A stretch of 64,000 bases of DNA from Rhodospirillaceae bacterium. GTDB taxonomy: Bacteria > Pseudomonadota > Alphaproteobacteria > Bin65. Every line of letters begins with the position of its first letter. Positions within the stretch are counted from its first letter, which is position 1. The notes beneath the pieces are model-generated. The model was not told the origin of the DNA and made no database searches. It saw only the letters and a program-made list of their open reading frames with translations. The stretch is from positions 17,905 through 81,904 of the forward strand of contig JAPPLJ010000048.1 in the NCBI GenBank assembly GCA_028819475.1. Direction: 5' to 3'. Made by a program: the position numbers and the translations under genes. Shown in pieces: positions 48,382 through 58,048 of this stretch.

Positions 48382-48573
48382 ATGACCGGCGAAGAGAAAC
48401 TTGCCGACCGGCGCAAGAGGACGGGAACGGCGATCGAGCCCGATGCAGACCCGGAATTCGATCCGGATACCGCGCCGGACCTGTCGCGCGAGGGATGGCC
48501 GGACAAATTCGACAGAGCCAAAGTCAACCGGAACCGTCCGCCAGACCCGCCGCCTACTTCCCCGGCGGTTTGA
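48382..48573 (+). pseudogene. N-terminal remnant of a BrnA-type antitoxin
   Basis: DPDTAPDLSREGWPDKFDRAKVNRNRP resembles the BrnA DPDDAPDL...W..KF..A.V.RGRP segment. The C-terminal DNA-binding part is absent and the frame runs into the hinT 3' end. Confidence 0.5.
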
Positions 48574-48922
48574 TCATGCGGCCCAGCGGCTGGCCGCCGA
48601 ACAGGTGGACGTGGAAGTGCGGCACTTCCTGCAGCCCGTGCTCGCCGATGTTGGTGAGCGCCCGGTAGCCGCCGTCCGTAATGCCGAGCATCTGCGCCGT
48701 CTCGCCGAGCGCGCGCACGAAGCCCTCGATCTCGTCGGCCGGGGCGTTGGCCGCGAAGTCGGTCAGGTCGGCGTAGGCGCCCTTCGGGATGACCAGGACA
48801 TGGACCGGCGTCTGCGGGTTGATGTCCCGGAAGGCCAGCGCATGATCGTTCTCGTGAACCCTGTCGCAGGGAATCTCGCCGCGCAGGATTTTGGCGAAGA
48901 TGTTGTTCGGATCGTAGCTCAT
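48554..48922 (-). CDS. hinT: Histidine triad nucleotide-binding protein
   Basis: NIFAKILRGEIP, AFRDINPQTPVHVLVIPK, QEVPHFHVH. Confidence 0.92.
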   Translation of the reverse strand: MSYDPNNIFAKILRGEIPCDRVHENDHALAFRDINPQTPVHVLVIPKGAYADLTDFAANAPADEIEGFVRALGETAQMLGITDGGYRALTNIGEHGLQEVPHFHVHLFGGQPLGRMIKPPGK

Positions 48923-48975
48923 CGGCGGGCCGGTCTCGCGCTAGTGCGGTTTTTCTGTCTCTTCGTTATGGGCCG

Positions 48976-49338
48976 TTATGGGGTCCGGGCGGCTTTCTCG
49001 GCAAGGCCCGACGTGCCTTCGCGCCGCTCCAGTTCACGCCACACCCGATCCGGCGTCACGCCGCAGGCCGCCCACAGCACCAGCAGGTGATAGAGCAGGT
49101 CGGCGCTCTCGGCCGCCAGCGCGTCGGGGTCTTCCGCCATGGCGGCGAGGATGGCCTCGACCGCTTCCTCGCCGGTCTTCTTCGCCACGGCCGGAACGCC
49201 GCCGGCGAGCAGCCGGGCGGTCCAGGAGGACGCCGGATCCGCGCCGCGCCGGCTCTCGACAGTTTCATACAGAACGTCCAGCACATGCCGGGCGCCTGAA
49301 TTGCTTTGGGCATCGCGTTGGGCGTCGCGCGCGCTCAC
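48976..49338 (-). CDS. hisE: Phosphoribosyl-ATP diphosphatase
   Basis: SWTARLL..G...[10 protein letters not shown]...[16 protein letters not shown] at 49338. Confidence 0.95.
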   Translation of the reverse strand: MSARDAQRDAQSNSGARHVLDVLYETVESRRGADPASSWTARLLAGGVPAVAKKTGEEAVEAILAAMAEDPDALAAESADLLYHLLVLWAACGVTPDRVWRELERREGTSGLAEKAARTP

Positions 49339-50192
49339 GCCGCTTCCTCCGTTGCTTTCTTTATTGCCGCTTTCGGGGCCGCTTTCGGGGCCGCTCTCGG
49401 GGCCGCTTCCGGGGCCGCACGGTGCGGGCGCACCGGCACGCCGGCCGCCGCCATATGGGCCTTGGCCTCGGCGATGGTATAGGTGCCGAAATGGAAGATG
49501 GAGGCCGCGAGCACCGCCGAGGCGCGGCCCTGCGTGACGCCCTCGACCAGATGGTCGAGCGTGCCGACGCCGCCGGACGCGATCACCGGAACCGGCACCG
49601 CATCGGCGATCGCCCGGGTCAGTTCCAGGTCGAAGCCGGCCTTGGTGCCGTCCCGGTCCATCGAGGTCAGCAGCAGTTCGCCGGCGCCGTAATCCGCCAT
49701 GCGCCGGGCCCAGGCGACGGCTTCGATCCCGGTCGGCGTGCGCCCGCCATGGGTGTAGATCTCGAAATCGCCGGCGTTGGGGCCAACCGTCGTCCGCTTG
49801 GCGTCGATGGCGACCACGATGCACTGGCGGCCGAACTTGTTGGCGGCTTCCTGCACGAAGTCCGGCCGGTGCACGGCGGCGGTGTTGATCGAGACCTTGT
49901 CCGTGCCGGCGAGCAGCAGCTTGCGGATGTCCTCAACCTCGCGCACGCCGCCGCCGACGGTCACCGGCATGAAGCAGGAGGCGACCGTGCGGTCGACGAC
50001 GTCGTAGATCGTGTCGCGGTTTTCGTGGCTCGCCGTGATGTCCAGGAAGCACAGTTCGTCTGCGCCTTCCCGGTCGTAAAGCTTCGCCTGCTCGACCGGA
50101 TCGCCGGCATCGACCAGGTCGACGAAGTTCACGCCCTTGACGACGCGGCCGTCCTTGACGTCGAGGCAGGGGATGATGCGGGTCTTCAGCAT
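49335..50192 (-). CDS. hisF: Imidazole glycerol phosphate synthase cyclase subunit with a basic AAPK tail
   Basis: [62 protein letters not shown]. Confidence 0.97.
   Translation of the reverse strand: MLKTRIIPCLDVKDGRVVKGVNFVDLVDAGDPVEQAKLYDREGADELCFLDITASHENRDTIYDVVDRTVASCFMPVTVGGGVREVEDIRKLLLAGTDKVSINTAAVHRPDFVQEAANKFGRQCIVVAIDAKRTTVGPNAGDFEIYTHGGRTPTGIEAVAWARRMADYGAGELLLTSMDRDGTKAGFDLELTRAIADAVPVPVIASGGVGTLDHLVEGVTQGRASAVLAASIFHFGTYTIAEAKAHMAAAGVPVRPHRAAPEAAPRAAPKAAPKAAIKKATEEAA
49366..49413. repeat. 12-bp tandem repeat x4 inside the hisF 3' end
   Basis: GCCGCT(T/C)(T/C)CGGG x4 encoding [16 protein letters not shown]-type units. Confidence 0.88.
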
Positions 50193-50326
50193 GCCGTCAC
50201 CGGATGGGCCGGCGGGCGCGTCGCGGCGGCACTGCCGGCAGCGCGGCGATCATGCGCGAGCGCCGGCGAAAAGAAAAGTCCGGCCGCCGGTAACGGCCGG
50301 ACCGGATGGATGACCGCCCGGATGCC

Positions 50327-50983
50327 TTACGGCTGCGGAACGTAGCGGAGATACGGCTTCTCCGTGCGCCAGCCGTCCGGATACTTCTCCTTCGCGGCCT
50401 CGTCGGACACCGCGGGCACGATGATGCATTCCTCGCCATGCCGCCAGTCGGCCGGGGTCGCCACCTGGTGCGCCGCCGTGAGCTGGCAGGAATCGATCAG
50501 CCGGAGGATTTCGTTGAAGTTGCGGCCTGAGCTCATCGGATAGGTGAGCGTCGCCTTCACCTTCTTGTCGGGGCCGACGATGAAGACCGAGCGCACGGTG
50601 GCGTTGTCCGCCGCGGTCCGCGCCTTCGCCTCGCCGCGCGCATTCGGGTGCAGCATGTCGTAGAGCTTGGCCACGGTCATCTCGGTGTCGCCGACCAGCG
50701 GGTAGGTCACCGCCGCGCCCTGGGTTTCCTCGATATCGTTCTTCCAGGCGTTGTGGTCCTCGACGGAATCGACCGACAGGCCCATGACCTTGCAGTTCCG
50801 CTTGTGGAATTCCGGCATCAGGCGCGCCACGCTGCCCAGTTCGGTGGTGCAGACCGGGGTGAAGTCCTTGGGATGCGAGAACAGCACGCACCAGCCGTCG
50901 CCGACATAATCGTGGAACGTGATCTCGCCTTCGGTCGTGTCGGCGGTAAAGTTCGGCGCCTCGTCGCCAATTCTGACAGCCAT
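50327..50983 (-). CDS. 1-Cys peroxiredoxin (Prx6 family)
   Basis: FSHPKDFTPVCTTELG, YPMSSGRNFNEILR, VATPADW, KPYLR. Confidence 0.95.
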   Translation of the reverse strand: MAVRIGDEAPNFTADTTEGEITFHDYVGDGWCVLFSHPKDFTPVCTTELGSVARLMPEFHKRNCKVMGLSVDSVEDHNAWKNDIEETQGAAVTYPLVGDTEMTVAKLYDMLHPNARGEAKARTAADNATVRSVFIVGPDKKVKATLTYPMSSGRNFNEILRLIDSCQLTAAHQVATPADWRHGEECIIVPAVSDEAAKEKYPDGWRTEKPYLRYVPQP

Positions 50984-51087
50984 CGTCTTCTTCCTCCATC
51001 GCTCGGCAGGCGGACGCCGGCTGCAGCGCCCAGCGCTCCGCCCGGTTTGGCAAACGCCCGGATGAACTAATATGCGCAGGCAGTGGA

Positions 51088-51681
51088 TCAAACGGCGTCG
51101 GCCGATTCGCCCGACAGGCCGGCATAGCGCTGGACGACGCGCGGCGAGGGATGCGCGTCGAAGCCCTGTTCGAAGGCAAGCGTCGCCAGGCGGCCCTCGA
51201 AGACCGACCGCAGTTCGCCGTCCCGCAGCAGGAAATCCGGGTTGCGCGGCCGGCCGTAGGCCTCGTTGCCCACCATGAAGGTCTCGTAGATCAGCCGCCC
51301 GCCCGGCTTCAGCAGCGCCGGCAGATGCGGCAACAGCGGGCGGTGCAGGTAATTGCAGACGATGACGATGCCGAACGGTCCGGCAGCGCCGACGGCCCGC
51401 ACCGTTGCATCGGCGTCGCCGGACTCCAGGTCCATCTCCAGCGCGGCGATGCCCGTGTCTTCCGCGGCCAGAGCGGCCAGCGCGCCGGTTTCCCGGTCCA
51501 CGGCGGTCACCCGCCAGCCGCGCGCGCGGGCGAGCTTCGTGTGGCGCCCCTTGCCGGCTGCGAGGTCCAGGAGACGGCCGCCGTCCGCCGGAGCCGGCGG
51601 CAGGAAGCGCGACACCCAGGGGCTGGGCGCCGCCAAGGCCGGTTCGGGTTTCGCCGGTTCCGGTCTCGCCGGTTCAGTCAT
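51088..51681 (-). CDS. Class I SAM-dependent methyltransferase (TehB-like)
   Basis: LLDLAAGKGRH, VDR, CNYLHRPL, LIYETF, NPDFLL. Confidence 0.87.
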   Translation of the reverse strand: MTEPARPEPAKPEPALAAPSPWVSRFLPPAPADGGRLLDLAAGKGRHTKLARARGWRVTAVDRETGALAALAAEDTGIAALEMDLESGDADATVRAVGAAGPFGIVIVCNYLHRPLLPHLPALLKPGGRLIYETFMVGNEAYGRPRNPDFLLRDGELRSVFEGRLATLAFEQGFDAHPSPRVVQRYAGLSGESADAV

Positions 51682-51780
51682 CGCGCCGCCGGGCCTTCCG
51701 TTGACGCGCAAAAATCCCTAAATGCATGCTATGACGCGCGAACGCCGCGAACAGGGGCGTTGCTGCATGCAGGGTACGCG

Positions 51781-52338
51781 ATGATCCGTTACACCGTCCG
51801 CTGCGAGGCCGGCCACGAATTCGAAGGCTGGTACAGGGATTCGAAGACCTACGAAACCCTGCAGGCTGCCGGTGCGGTCTCCTGCCCGGACTGCGGCTCG
51901 GTCAAGGTGCGCCGCGCCCCGATGGCCCCGGCGCTCTCCGGGACCAAGGCGACCCGGCATGATGGGCCGGCGCCTGCCGATCCCCCAGACGCCGACAGAG
52001 GCGGGGACGGGTCCGATACGCCTGCCTCGCCCCCGATCCCTTCGCCCGGGCCCGCCGGGCCGCCGGCGCCCGTCTCGCGCCCGGTCTCGCATGAGGACGC
52101 CAAGCGCATCCATGTCATGGGCAAGATCCGCGAGGCGATGGTGGAAATGCGCCGGCACGTGGAGAAGAATGCCGACTATGTCGGCCCGAAATTCGCCGAC
52201 GAGGCGCGCAAGATCCACCATGGCGAGACCCGGGAGCGCAGCATCTACGGCGAGGCGACGGACGCCGAATCCGAGGCCCTGCGCGACGAGGGCATCGAGT
52301 TCGGCCGCATCCCCTGGGTCTCCAAGACCGACGCCTGA
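51781..52338 (+). CDS. DUF1178 family protein
   Basis: MIRYTVRCEAGHEFEGWYRDS...CPDCGS.KVRRAPMAP...VEKNADYVGPKFADEARKIHHGE..ERSIYGEA. Confidence 0.9.
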   Translation: MIRYTVRCEAGHEFEGWYRDSKTYETLQAAGAVSCPDCGSVKVRRAPMAPALSGTKATRHDGPAPADPPDADRGGDGSDTPASPPIPSPGPAGPPAPVSRPVSHEDAKRIHVMGKIREAMVEMRRHVEKNADYVGPKFADEARKIHHGETRERSIYGEATDAESEALRDEGIEFGRIPWVSKTDA

Positions 52339-52395
52339 GCGTCTTCCGGCGCGCCGCAGGTTCCTCGCAAATCCCGCCCCGCCGACGCGCCCGGC

Positions 52396-53151
52396 TCAAT
52401 AATTGTGCCTGCCGCCGTCGATGTTGAATGTCTGTCCGGTCACGAAGTCGCTGTCTTCGCTCGCCAGGAACAGCAGCGTCCCGATCAGGTCTTCCGACAC
52501 CATCTCCCGCTTGATGGCGCGCGCCTGCAACGTCGGCGCGCGGGCGACGTGAAGATCGGGGTGGTTCCGCACGCCTTCGGTCTCGACCAGGCCGGGCGCG
52601 ATGCAGTTCACCTTGATGTTCTTGTCGCCGAATTCCCGCGACGCCGAACGCGTGAAGGCGATGACCGCGCCTTTCGAGCAGACATAGTGCGCGATGCCGG
52701 GCCCGCCGTAGAAAAAGGTGCCCGAACTGATATTGATGATCTTGCCCCCTCCGTTCTTGAGCATGCTGGGAACGACGGCCTTGGTGGTCTGGAACGTGCC
52801 CCGCATGTTAACCGTCATCACCCGGTCCCATTCCTCGTTCGTGAGCTGCATGATCGGGGTCAGGCGCAGCTCCGAGAAAAGCCCCGCGTTGTTGACCAGG
52901 ATATCGATCGGCCCGAACGCCGATTCGGCAGCCTCGACGAGACCCGAAAGCGACGCGTCGTCGGTCACGTCGGCGATCCTGCCGATCGCCTCGCCGCCGG
53001 CGCCCGTTATCGCGTCGACCACGCGGGACGGATCGGCGATATCCGATACCACCACCCGGGCGCCCTCCGCCGCGAGCGCTTTCGAATAGGTCTCCCCGAT
53101 GCCCTGGGCGGCGCCGGTGACGACCGCGACCTTGCCATCCAGTCTGCTCAT
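52396..53151 (-). CDS. Short-chain dehydrogenase/reductase
   Basis: TGAAQGIG, NNAG, YVCSK (YxxxK), NCIAPG, TGQTFNIDGG. Confidence 0.95.
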   Translation of the reverse strand: MSRLDGKVAVVTGAAQGIGETYSKALAAEGARVVVSDIADPSRVVDAITGAGGEAIGRIADVTDDASLSGLVEAAESAFGPIDILVNNAGLFSELRLTPIMQLTNEEWDRVMTVNMRGTFQTTKAVVPSMLKNGGGKIINISSGTFFYGGPGIAHYVCSKGAVIAFTRSASREFGDKNIKVNCIAPGLVETEGVRNHPDLHVARAPTLQARAIKREMVSEDLIGTLLFLASEDSDFVTGQTFNIDGGRHNY

Positions 53152-53330
53152 TCCAGTCTCTCCTTTGTTGGTCCGGCCGTCCTGTCATCCCCAGCGCCCC
53201 TTGGCAAGCGCGAAGGCGCAGGCCTGAATCGTCGTCGGGGCGAGGCCGCCGCTCCGGAGCAGTGCGACCCAGACCGTCTCCGACGATTGCCGGACGAACC
53301 GATCGCCTAAAATGGCGGGATGAGGAAACT

Positions 53331-53906
53331 CTATTCGTTGCTGGACATCAGGTTCGAGACATCCAGGTTCTCGCCGATCCGGTGGAACGGACGGCCCGAA
53401 TCGCTGACCGCGATGACGACCACGATCTCGTCGCCGCGCGGGGCGTCGGTGACCGAGACCTGCATGGCGTCGAAATGGCTGAACGTCCACATTTCGTCCT
53501 TGTGATGCAGCGGGCAGTCGATCACCGTGCCCGGCCCGCCGATCTTCTTGGTCGACGGCATGATCGACTTCGCCGGCCCGACGATCGCGCGCACCGGCTT
53601 GCCCATCGTGGGGTGCATCACCGCCGCCGCGTGCTCGCGCTCGCCTTTCACGCCGACGATCGCCGCCTTGCCGTAGCTCGCGACCGACGCCCCGTCGATG
53701 CCGAGCGCGTCCATCGCGCGCTGCACCAGGAGAGCGCCGAGTTCGGCGCCGGCCTGCTGCAGTTCTTCCAGTTCCTCGTCGTAGACCCCGGCATAGGGGT
53801 TCGCGATCACCGCGATGGCCGCGGCCTGGCGGGCCGCCGGCTCCACCGGCCGGTCGAGCTCGCGCCTTGTCTCCTCGACGACGGTGACGATCTTGCGGAT
53901 CTTCAT
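53331..53906 (-). CDS. Amino-acid-synthesis family protein (DUF1185/AA_synth)
   Basis: IRKIVT.VEET, AAAIAVIANPYAG, YGKAAIVG..GE.EHAAA, PLHHKD, HFD, DAPRGDEIVV. Confidence 0.88.
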   Translation of the reverse strand: MKIRKIVTVVEETRRELDRPVEPAARQAAAIAVIANPYAGVYDEELEELQQAGAELGALLVQRAMDALGIDGASVASYGKAAIVGVKGEREHAAAVMHPTMGKPVRAIVGPAKSIMPSTKKIGGPGTVIDCPLHHKDEMWTFSHFDAMQVSVTDAPRGDEIVVVIAVSDSGRPFHRIGENLDVSNLMSSNE

Positions 53907-54106
53907 CCCGTTTTCTCCCGATCGTGGCAGTCATGGCTGGTTCGGGGCACTATGCCACCGCCGATCCCCGTTGCAACGCCCGCGTTCGGCCTGCAAGCCT
54001 GCCTCCCCTGTCGTAAATCCGGGGTGCTCCGGTCCGGCCGGGCCGCCGCAAACCGAATGAGCGATTTTGCACCGAGAGCCCAGCATCGCCGATGGAGCGC
54101 CGATAA

Positions 54107-55207
54107 ATGAAGCCCGAAACACTGACCTTCCACAGCATCGATGTGCGCGCCGTGGTTCTCAAGCTGCGGCGCCCGGTCGTCGCCAGGATCGCGACCATTA
54201 CGGAATGGCCGCTTATCCTGATCGATTTGAAGACCGGGGAAGGGATCGTCGGGCGCAGCTATCTGGAGCCCTACATCGTCAAGTCGATGCACTATCTCGT
54301 GCCCGCCCTGCACGACCTGGCGGCGATGCTCGAGGGCCGGACGCTGGCGCCGGCCGAACTCTACGAGACCGCGCGAAAGTCGCTGCACTTCGTCGGCTAC
54401 GAAGGCCTGTCGATGATCGCCGTTTCCGGCATCGACATGGCGGTGTGGGACGCGCTGGCCAAGGCCGCCGGCATGCCGCTCTGCACCCTGCTCGGCGGGT
54501 CGCCCGGCCCGGTGCGCGCCTACAACAGCAACGGGCTCTGGCTCATGTCGCCGTCCGAAGTTGCCGCCGAGGCCGTCGAGATCCGCGACGAAGGACAGTT
54601 CGAAGGCCTGAAACTGCGTCTCGGCCGGGACAATCCCCGGGACGACCTCGCCACGATCGATGCGGTTCGCCGGTCGGTCGGCGAAGACATGCATCTGATG
54701 ATCGATTTCAACCAGGGCCTCGACATGGCGGAGGCCCTGCGCCGGTGCCACATGCTCGACGATCTGGGCCTCGCCTGGCTGGAAGAGCCGGTCGTCTACG
54801 ACAATTTCGACGGCTGCGCCCAGCTCGCCCGGGAGCTCAGGACGCCCCTGCAGATCGGCGAGAATTTTTACGGGCCCCGCGATCTGCACCGGGCGTTGCG
54901 TGCGCAGGCCTGCGATTATGTCATGCCGGATTTCATGCGCATCGGCGGCGTTACCGGATGGATGCGCGCGGCGGCCATCGCCGGCGCGGCCGGCGTCCCG
55001 GTGTCGACGCATCTCTATCCCGAGGTCGGCGCCCACATGATGCGGGTGACCGAGACCGCCCACTGGCTGGAGTGGCAGGACTGGGCCGAACCGATCCTGC
55101 AGAAGCCCTACGAGGTCAGGGACAGCCATCTGCACATCCCGGACGTCCCCGGCGTGGGCCTGGAGTGGAACGAGGATGTCGTCGCCAGGAACCTGTACGA
55201 GGGTTGA
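54107..55207 (+). CDS. Mandelate racemase/muconate lactonising (enolase superfamily) enzyme
   Basis: SGIDMAVWD, metal ligands DFNQ / EEP / GENF, MPD, STH, LEW; KxR at the KxK position. Confidence 0.92.
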   Translation: MKPETLTFHSIDVRAVVLKLRRPVVARIATITEWPLILIDLKTGEGIVGRSYLEPYIVKSMHYLVPALHDLAAMLEGRTLAPAELYETARKSLHFVGYEGLSMIAVSGIDMAVWDALAKAAGMPLCTLLGGSPGPVRAYNSNGLWLMSPSEVAAEAVEIRDEGQFEGLKLRLGRDNPRDDLATIDAVRRSVGEDMHLMIDFNQGLDMAEALRRCHMLDDLGLAWLEEPVVYDNFDGCAQLARELRTPLQIGENFYGPRDLHRALRAQACDYVMPDFMRIGGVTGWMRAAAIAGAAGVPVSTHLYPEVGAHMMRVTETAHWLEWQDWAEPILQKPYEVRDSHLHIPDVPGVGLEWNEDVVARNLYEG

Positions 55208-55388
55208 CCGCCGGGAAACCTACGCCGTTCCCGTCCGCCGGCCCGCGTAAGGCCCCGCTGCCTGGCCCCTGTAGCCGGGACAGCCGCCTCCCCACCCCCG
55301 GGGGCGTTGCTCGGAACCGGCCCCGCGGCGTATCGAAGGGCGGACGGCACACCCGTTACGAGCCCGTTACGAGAAAACAGGCGCATCC

Positions 55389-56750
55389 TTGGCCTCATCC
55401 GCTCCTTCCGCCGCACCGGACGGCGGCGTTACCCATCGCCGCGTGCTCCGGCTCGCCGTGCCGATCATCCTGGCGAATATCGGCCAGCCGCTGCTCGGCG
55501 CGGTCGATACCGCGGTCATGGGGCACCTGCCGTCGCCGGCCTATATCGGCGGCGTCGCCGTCGGCGCGCTGATCTTCAGTTTCCTGTACTGGGCCTTCGG
55601 CTTCCTGCGCATGGCGACCACCGGCTTCGTCGCGCAGGCGCGCGGCGCCGGCGACCATCAGGAAATCCGCAACGTCGCGCTGCGCACGGCCCTGCTGGCG
55701 GCGGCGCTCGGACTCGCCATCGTTGCGTTGCAGGCGCCGGCGCAGTGGTTCGCCTTCTGGGCCGTGGAGGCGCCGCCGCGGGTCGAAGGCCTGGCCGGCG
55801 CCTATTTCGACATCCGGGTCTGGGGCGCGCCGGCGGCGCTGCTGGTCTACGTCTGCATCGGCTGGCTGATCGGCATGGAGCGGACCGGCACGGTCCTCGC
55901 GCTCACCCTCTACATGAACGGCCTGAACATCGCGCTCGACCTGCTGTTCGTGCCGGTCTTCGGCTGGGGCATCGAGGGCGTAGCGCTGGCGACCCTGATC
56001 GCCGAGGTCTCGACCGCGGCCATCGGCCTGGCCGTCGTCGCGCGGCTGCATCGGCCGCTCGGCGGGCGCTGGCGCCTGCGCCGGCTGTTCGCGGACCGCA
56101 GCCGGACGGCCGGGCTGCTGCGCGCCAACGCCGATATCTTCCTGCGCACCCTGTGCCTGATCTTCGGCTTCGCCTGGTTCACCGCCCAGGGCGCGAAGCT
56201 GGGCGAGACGGTGCTGGCGGCCAACGCCGTGCTGTTCCACTTCTTCCTGCTGATCGGCCACGGCTTGGACGGCTTCGCCTTCGCCGCCGAGGCGCTGGTC
56301 GGCGGCGCCATCGGCGGCCGGAACCGGGCGCAATACCGCGCTGCCGCCCGGCTGACCACCCTGTGGGCGGGGATCGTCGCGGCCGGCTTCGCGCTGGCCT
56401 ATCTCGCCGTCGGCGGCCTGGTTATCGATACGCTGACCGACATCGCGGAGGTGCGCGAGACGGCCCGGGCCTACCTGCCCTGGGCCATCGCGATCCCGCT
56501 CGCCGGCGTGTGGAGCTTCCAGCTCGACGGCATCTTCATCGGCGCGACCCGGACCCGCGAAATGCGCAACGGCATGGCGCTGGCGCTCGCCGTCTACCTG
56601 GCGGCCGGCCATGCGCTGCTCGACCTCTGGGGCAACGACGGGCTGTGGCTGTCGCTCTACGTCTTCCTGCTCGCCCGGGCGGCCTTTCTGCTGCTCTGGC
56701 TGCCGCGCATCGCCGCGTCCTTCGAGACGGGCGTTTCGAGACGGCGCTAG
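55389..56750 (+). CDS. MATE family efflux transporter (DinF-like)
   Basis: LAVPIILANI.QPLLGAVDTAVMGH, FGFLRMATTG, NIALD, LAAN, DGFAFAAE, DGIFIGA. Confidence 0.94.
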   Translation: MASSAPSAAPDGGVTHRRVLRLAVPIILANIGQPLLGAVDTAVMGHLPSPAYIGGVAVGALIFSFLYWAFGFLRMATTGFVAQARGAGDHQEIRNVALRTALLAAALGLAIVALQAPAQWFAFWAVEAPPRVEGLAGAYFDIRVWGAPAALLVYVCIGWLIGMERTGTVLALTLYMNGLNIALDLLFVPVFGWGIEGVALATLIAEVSTAAIGLAVVARLHRPLGGRWRLRRLFADRSRTAGLLRANADIFLRTLCLIFGFAWFTAQGAKLGETVLAANAVLFHFFLLIGHGLDGFAFAAEALVGGAIGGRNRAQYRAAARLTTLWAGIVAAGFALAYLAVGGLVIDTLTDIAEVRETARAYLPWAIAIPLAGVWSFQLDGIFIGATRTREMRNGMALALAVYLAAGHALLDLWGNDGLWLSLYVFLLARAAFLLLWLPRIAASFETGVSRRR

Positions 56751-56875
56751 CGCGCCTCCTCAACGCCCTCCTCAGGATGAAGCCGAACGTGTCGAGCCAA
56801 AAAACCTCTTCATCCTGAAGAGGGGCTGAGGAGCGGTGCGAAGCACCGCGTCGCGAAGCCCCATCTCGAAGGACG
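56716..56875. repeat. Nested inverted pair of TCATCCTGAGGAG...TCTCGAAGGA-type palindromic elements overlapping the MATE stop
   Basis: Left arm CGTCCTTCGAGACG...CTCCTCAGGATGAAG (56716-56782) and right arm CTTCATCCTGAAGAG...ATCTCGAAGGACG (56808-56875). Each arm contains an internal second core. Confidence 0.82.
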
Positions 56876-57070
56876 GAAATCCATCTTGAAATTGCCTTGT
56901 TTGCGCGCATCTATAGCGGCGGCACGGCGAACGGGTGCGAATCCTGCGCCCGGTTCGGAGCCTCTTGCGTTCCGTCCGTCGCCGCCCGGCCGGTTTGTTC
57001 AAGCCGTTCAGCCGGGTTTTTTGCACCTATCGCTGCACCTGCCCACTACACGTGTCAGGCGTTGGACCGA

Positions 57071-58048
57071 ATGATCGAAGTTCAGTCGCTTACCAAGCAT
57101 TTCGGCCCGATCCGGGCGGTCGACGACGTTTCCTTTTCGGTCGAGCGGGGCGAGGTGCTCGGCTTTCTCGGCCCGAACGGCGCCGGCAAGTCGACGACCA
57201 TGAAAATGATCACCGGCTTCATCACCCCGACGGCCGGCACCGCCGCCGTGTGCGGCCACGACATCCGCACCGCGCCGATCGCCGCCAAGTCCCGCATCGG
57301 CTACCTGCCGGAAGGCGCGCCGCTCTACGCCGACATGACGGCGCGGAGCTTCCTGAACTTCATCGGCGCCAGCCGCGGCCTGGGCGGCGCCGAACGCGCC
57401 GGGGCGGTCGACCGGGTCGTCGAGATCGCGCAGCTCGATACGGTGCTCGACCAGCCGATCGAGACCCTGTCGAAGGGCTTCACCCGGCGGGTCGGCCTGG
57501 CCCAGGCGCTGCTGCACGATCCGGACGTGCTGATCCTGGACGAGCCGACCGACGGCCTGGACCCGAACCAGAAGCACCATGTGCGCCAGGTCATCAACGA
57601 CATGGCGCCGGACAAGGCCATCGTCATTTCGACCCACATTCTCGAAGAGGTCCACGCGGTGTGCAGCCGGGCGATGATCATCGCCCAGGGACGGCTGCTG
57701 GCCGACAGCACGCCCGCCGAACTCGAAGCGCGGGCGCAGCACCACAATACCGTCACCCTGCGCACCCTCGCCATGCCGTCCGCCGAAGAGCGCGCCGCGC
57801 TCGGGCAGCTCGACGGTGTGCTCACGGTCGAGGAAGGCGGCTCGGCCGGCGAGCCGGTGTTCCGGGTCATCCCCCGGGAGGGCGCGAGCGTGCTGCCGGC
57901 GGTAACTGCCTTCGTCGCCGAAAAGGGCTGGAAGGTCGACGAATTGCGCCTGGAGCAGGGCCGGCTGGACGACGTGTTCCGCGAACTGACCGCCCCCGGC
58001 GCGGCCGGTGACGGCGCTGCCGGCAGCGGTGCGGAGGCTGCGCAATGA
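57071..58048 (+). CDS. ABC transporter ATP-binding protein (GldA-like)
   Basis: GPNGAGKSTT, LSKG, LILDEPTDGLDPNQ, STHIL. ATG at 57071. Confidence 0.93.
   Translation: MIEVQSLTKHFGPIRAVDDVSFSVERGEVLGFLGPNGAGKSTTMKMITGFITPTAGTAAVCGHDIRTAPIAAKSRIGYLPEGAPLYADMTARSFLNFIGASRGLGGAERAGAVDRVVEIAQLDTVLDQPIETLSKGFTRRVGLAQALLHDPDVLILDEPTDGLDPNQKHHVRQVINDMAPDKAIVISTHILEEVHAVCSRAMIIAQGRLLADSTPAELEARAQHHNTVTLRTLAMPSAEERAALGQLDGVLTVEEGGSAGEPVFRVIPREGASVLPAVTAFVAEKGWKVDELRLEQGRLDDVFRELTAPGAAGDGAAGSGAEAAQ

Noticed and set aside
48324-48400. BrnT toxin remnant (RWVTVWT)
   Set aside because: Only a weak VWT resemblance, and the ISMRKAN-type motif is missing; not supportable.
49366-49413. Short repeats as a mini-CRISPR
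   Set aside because: Units are contiguous 12-mers without spacers and lie in frame within hisF.
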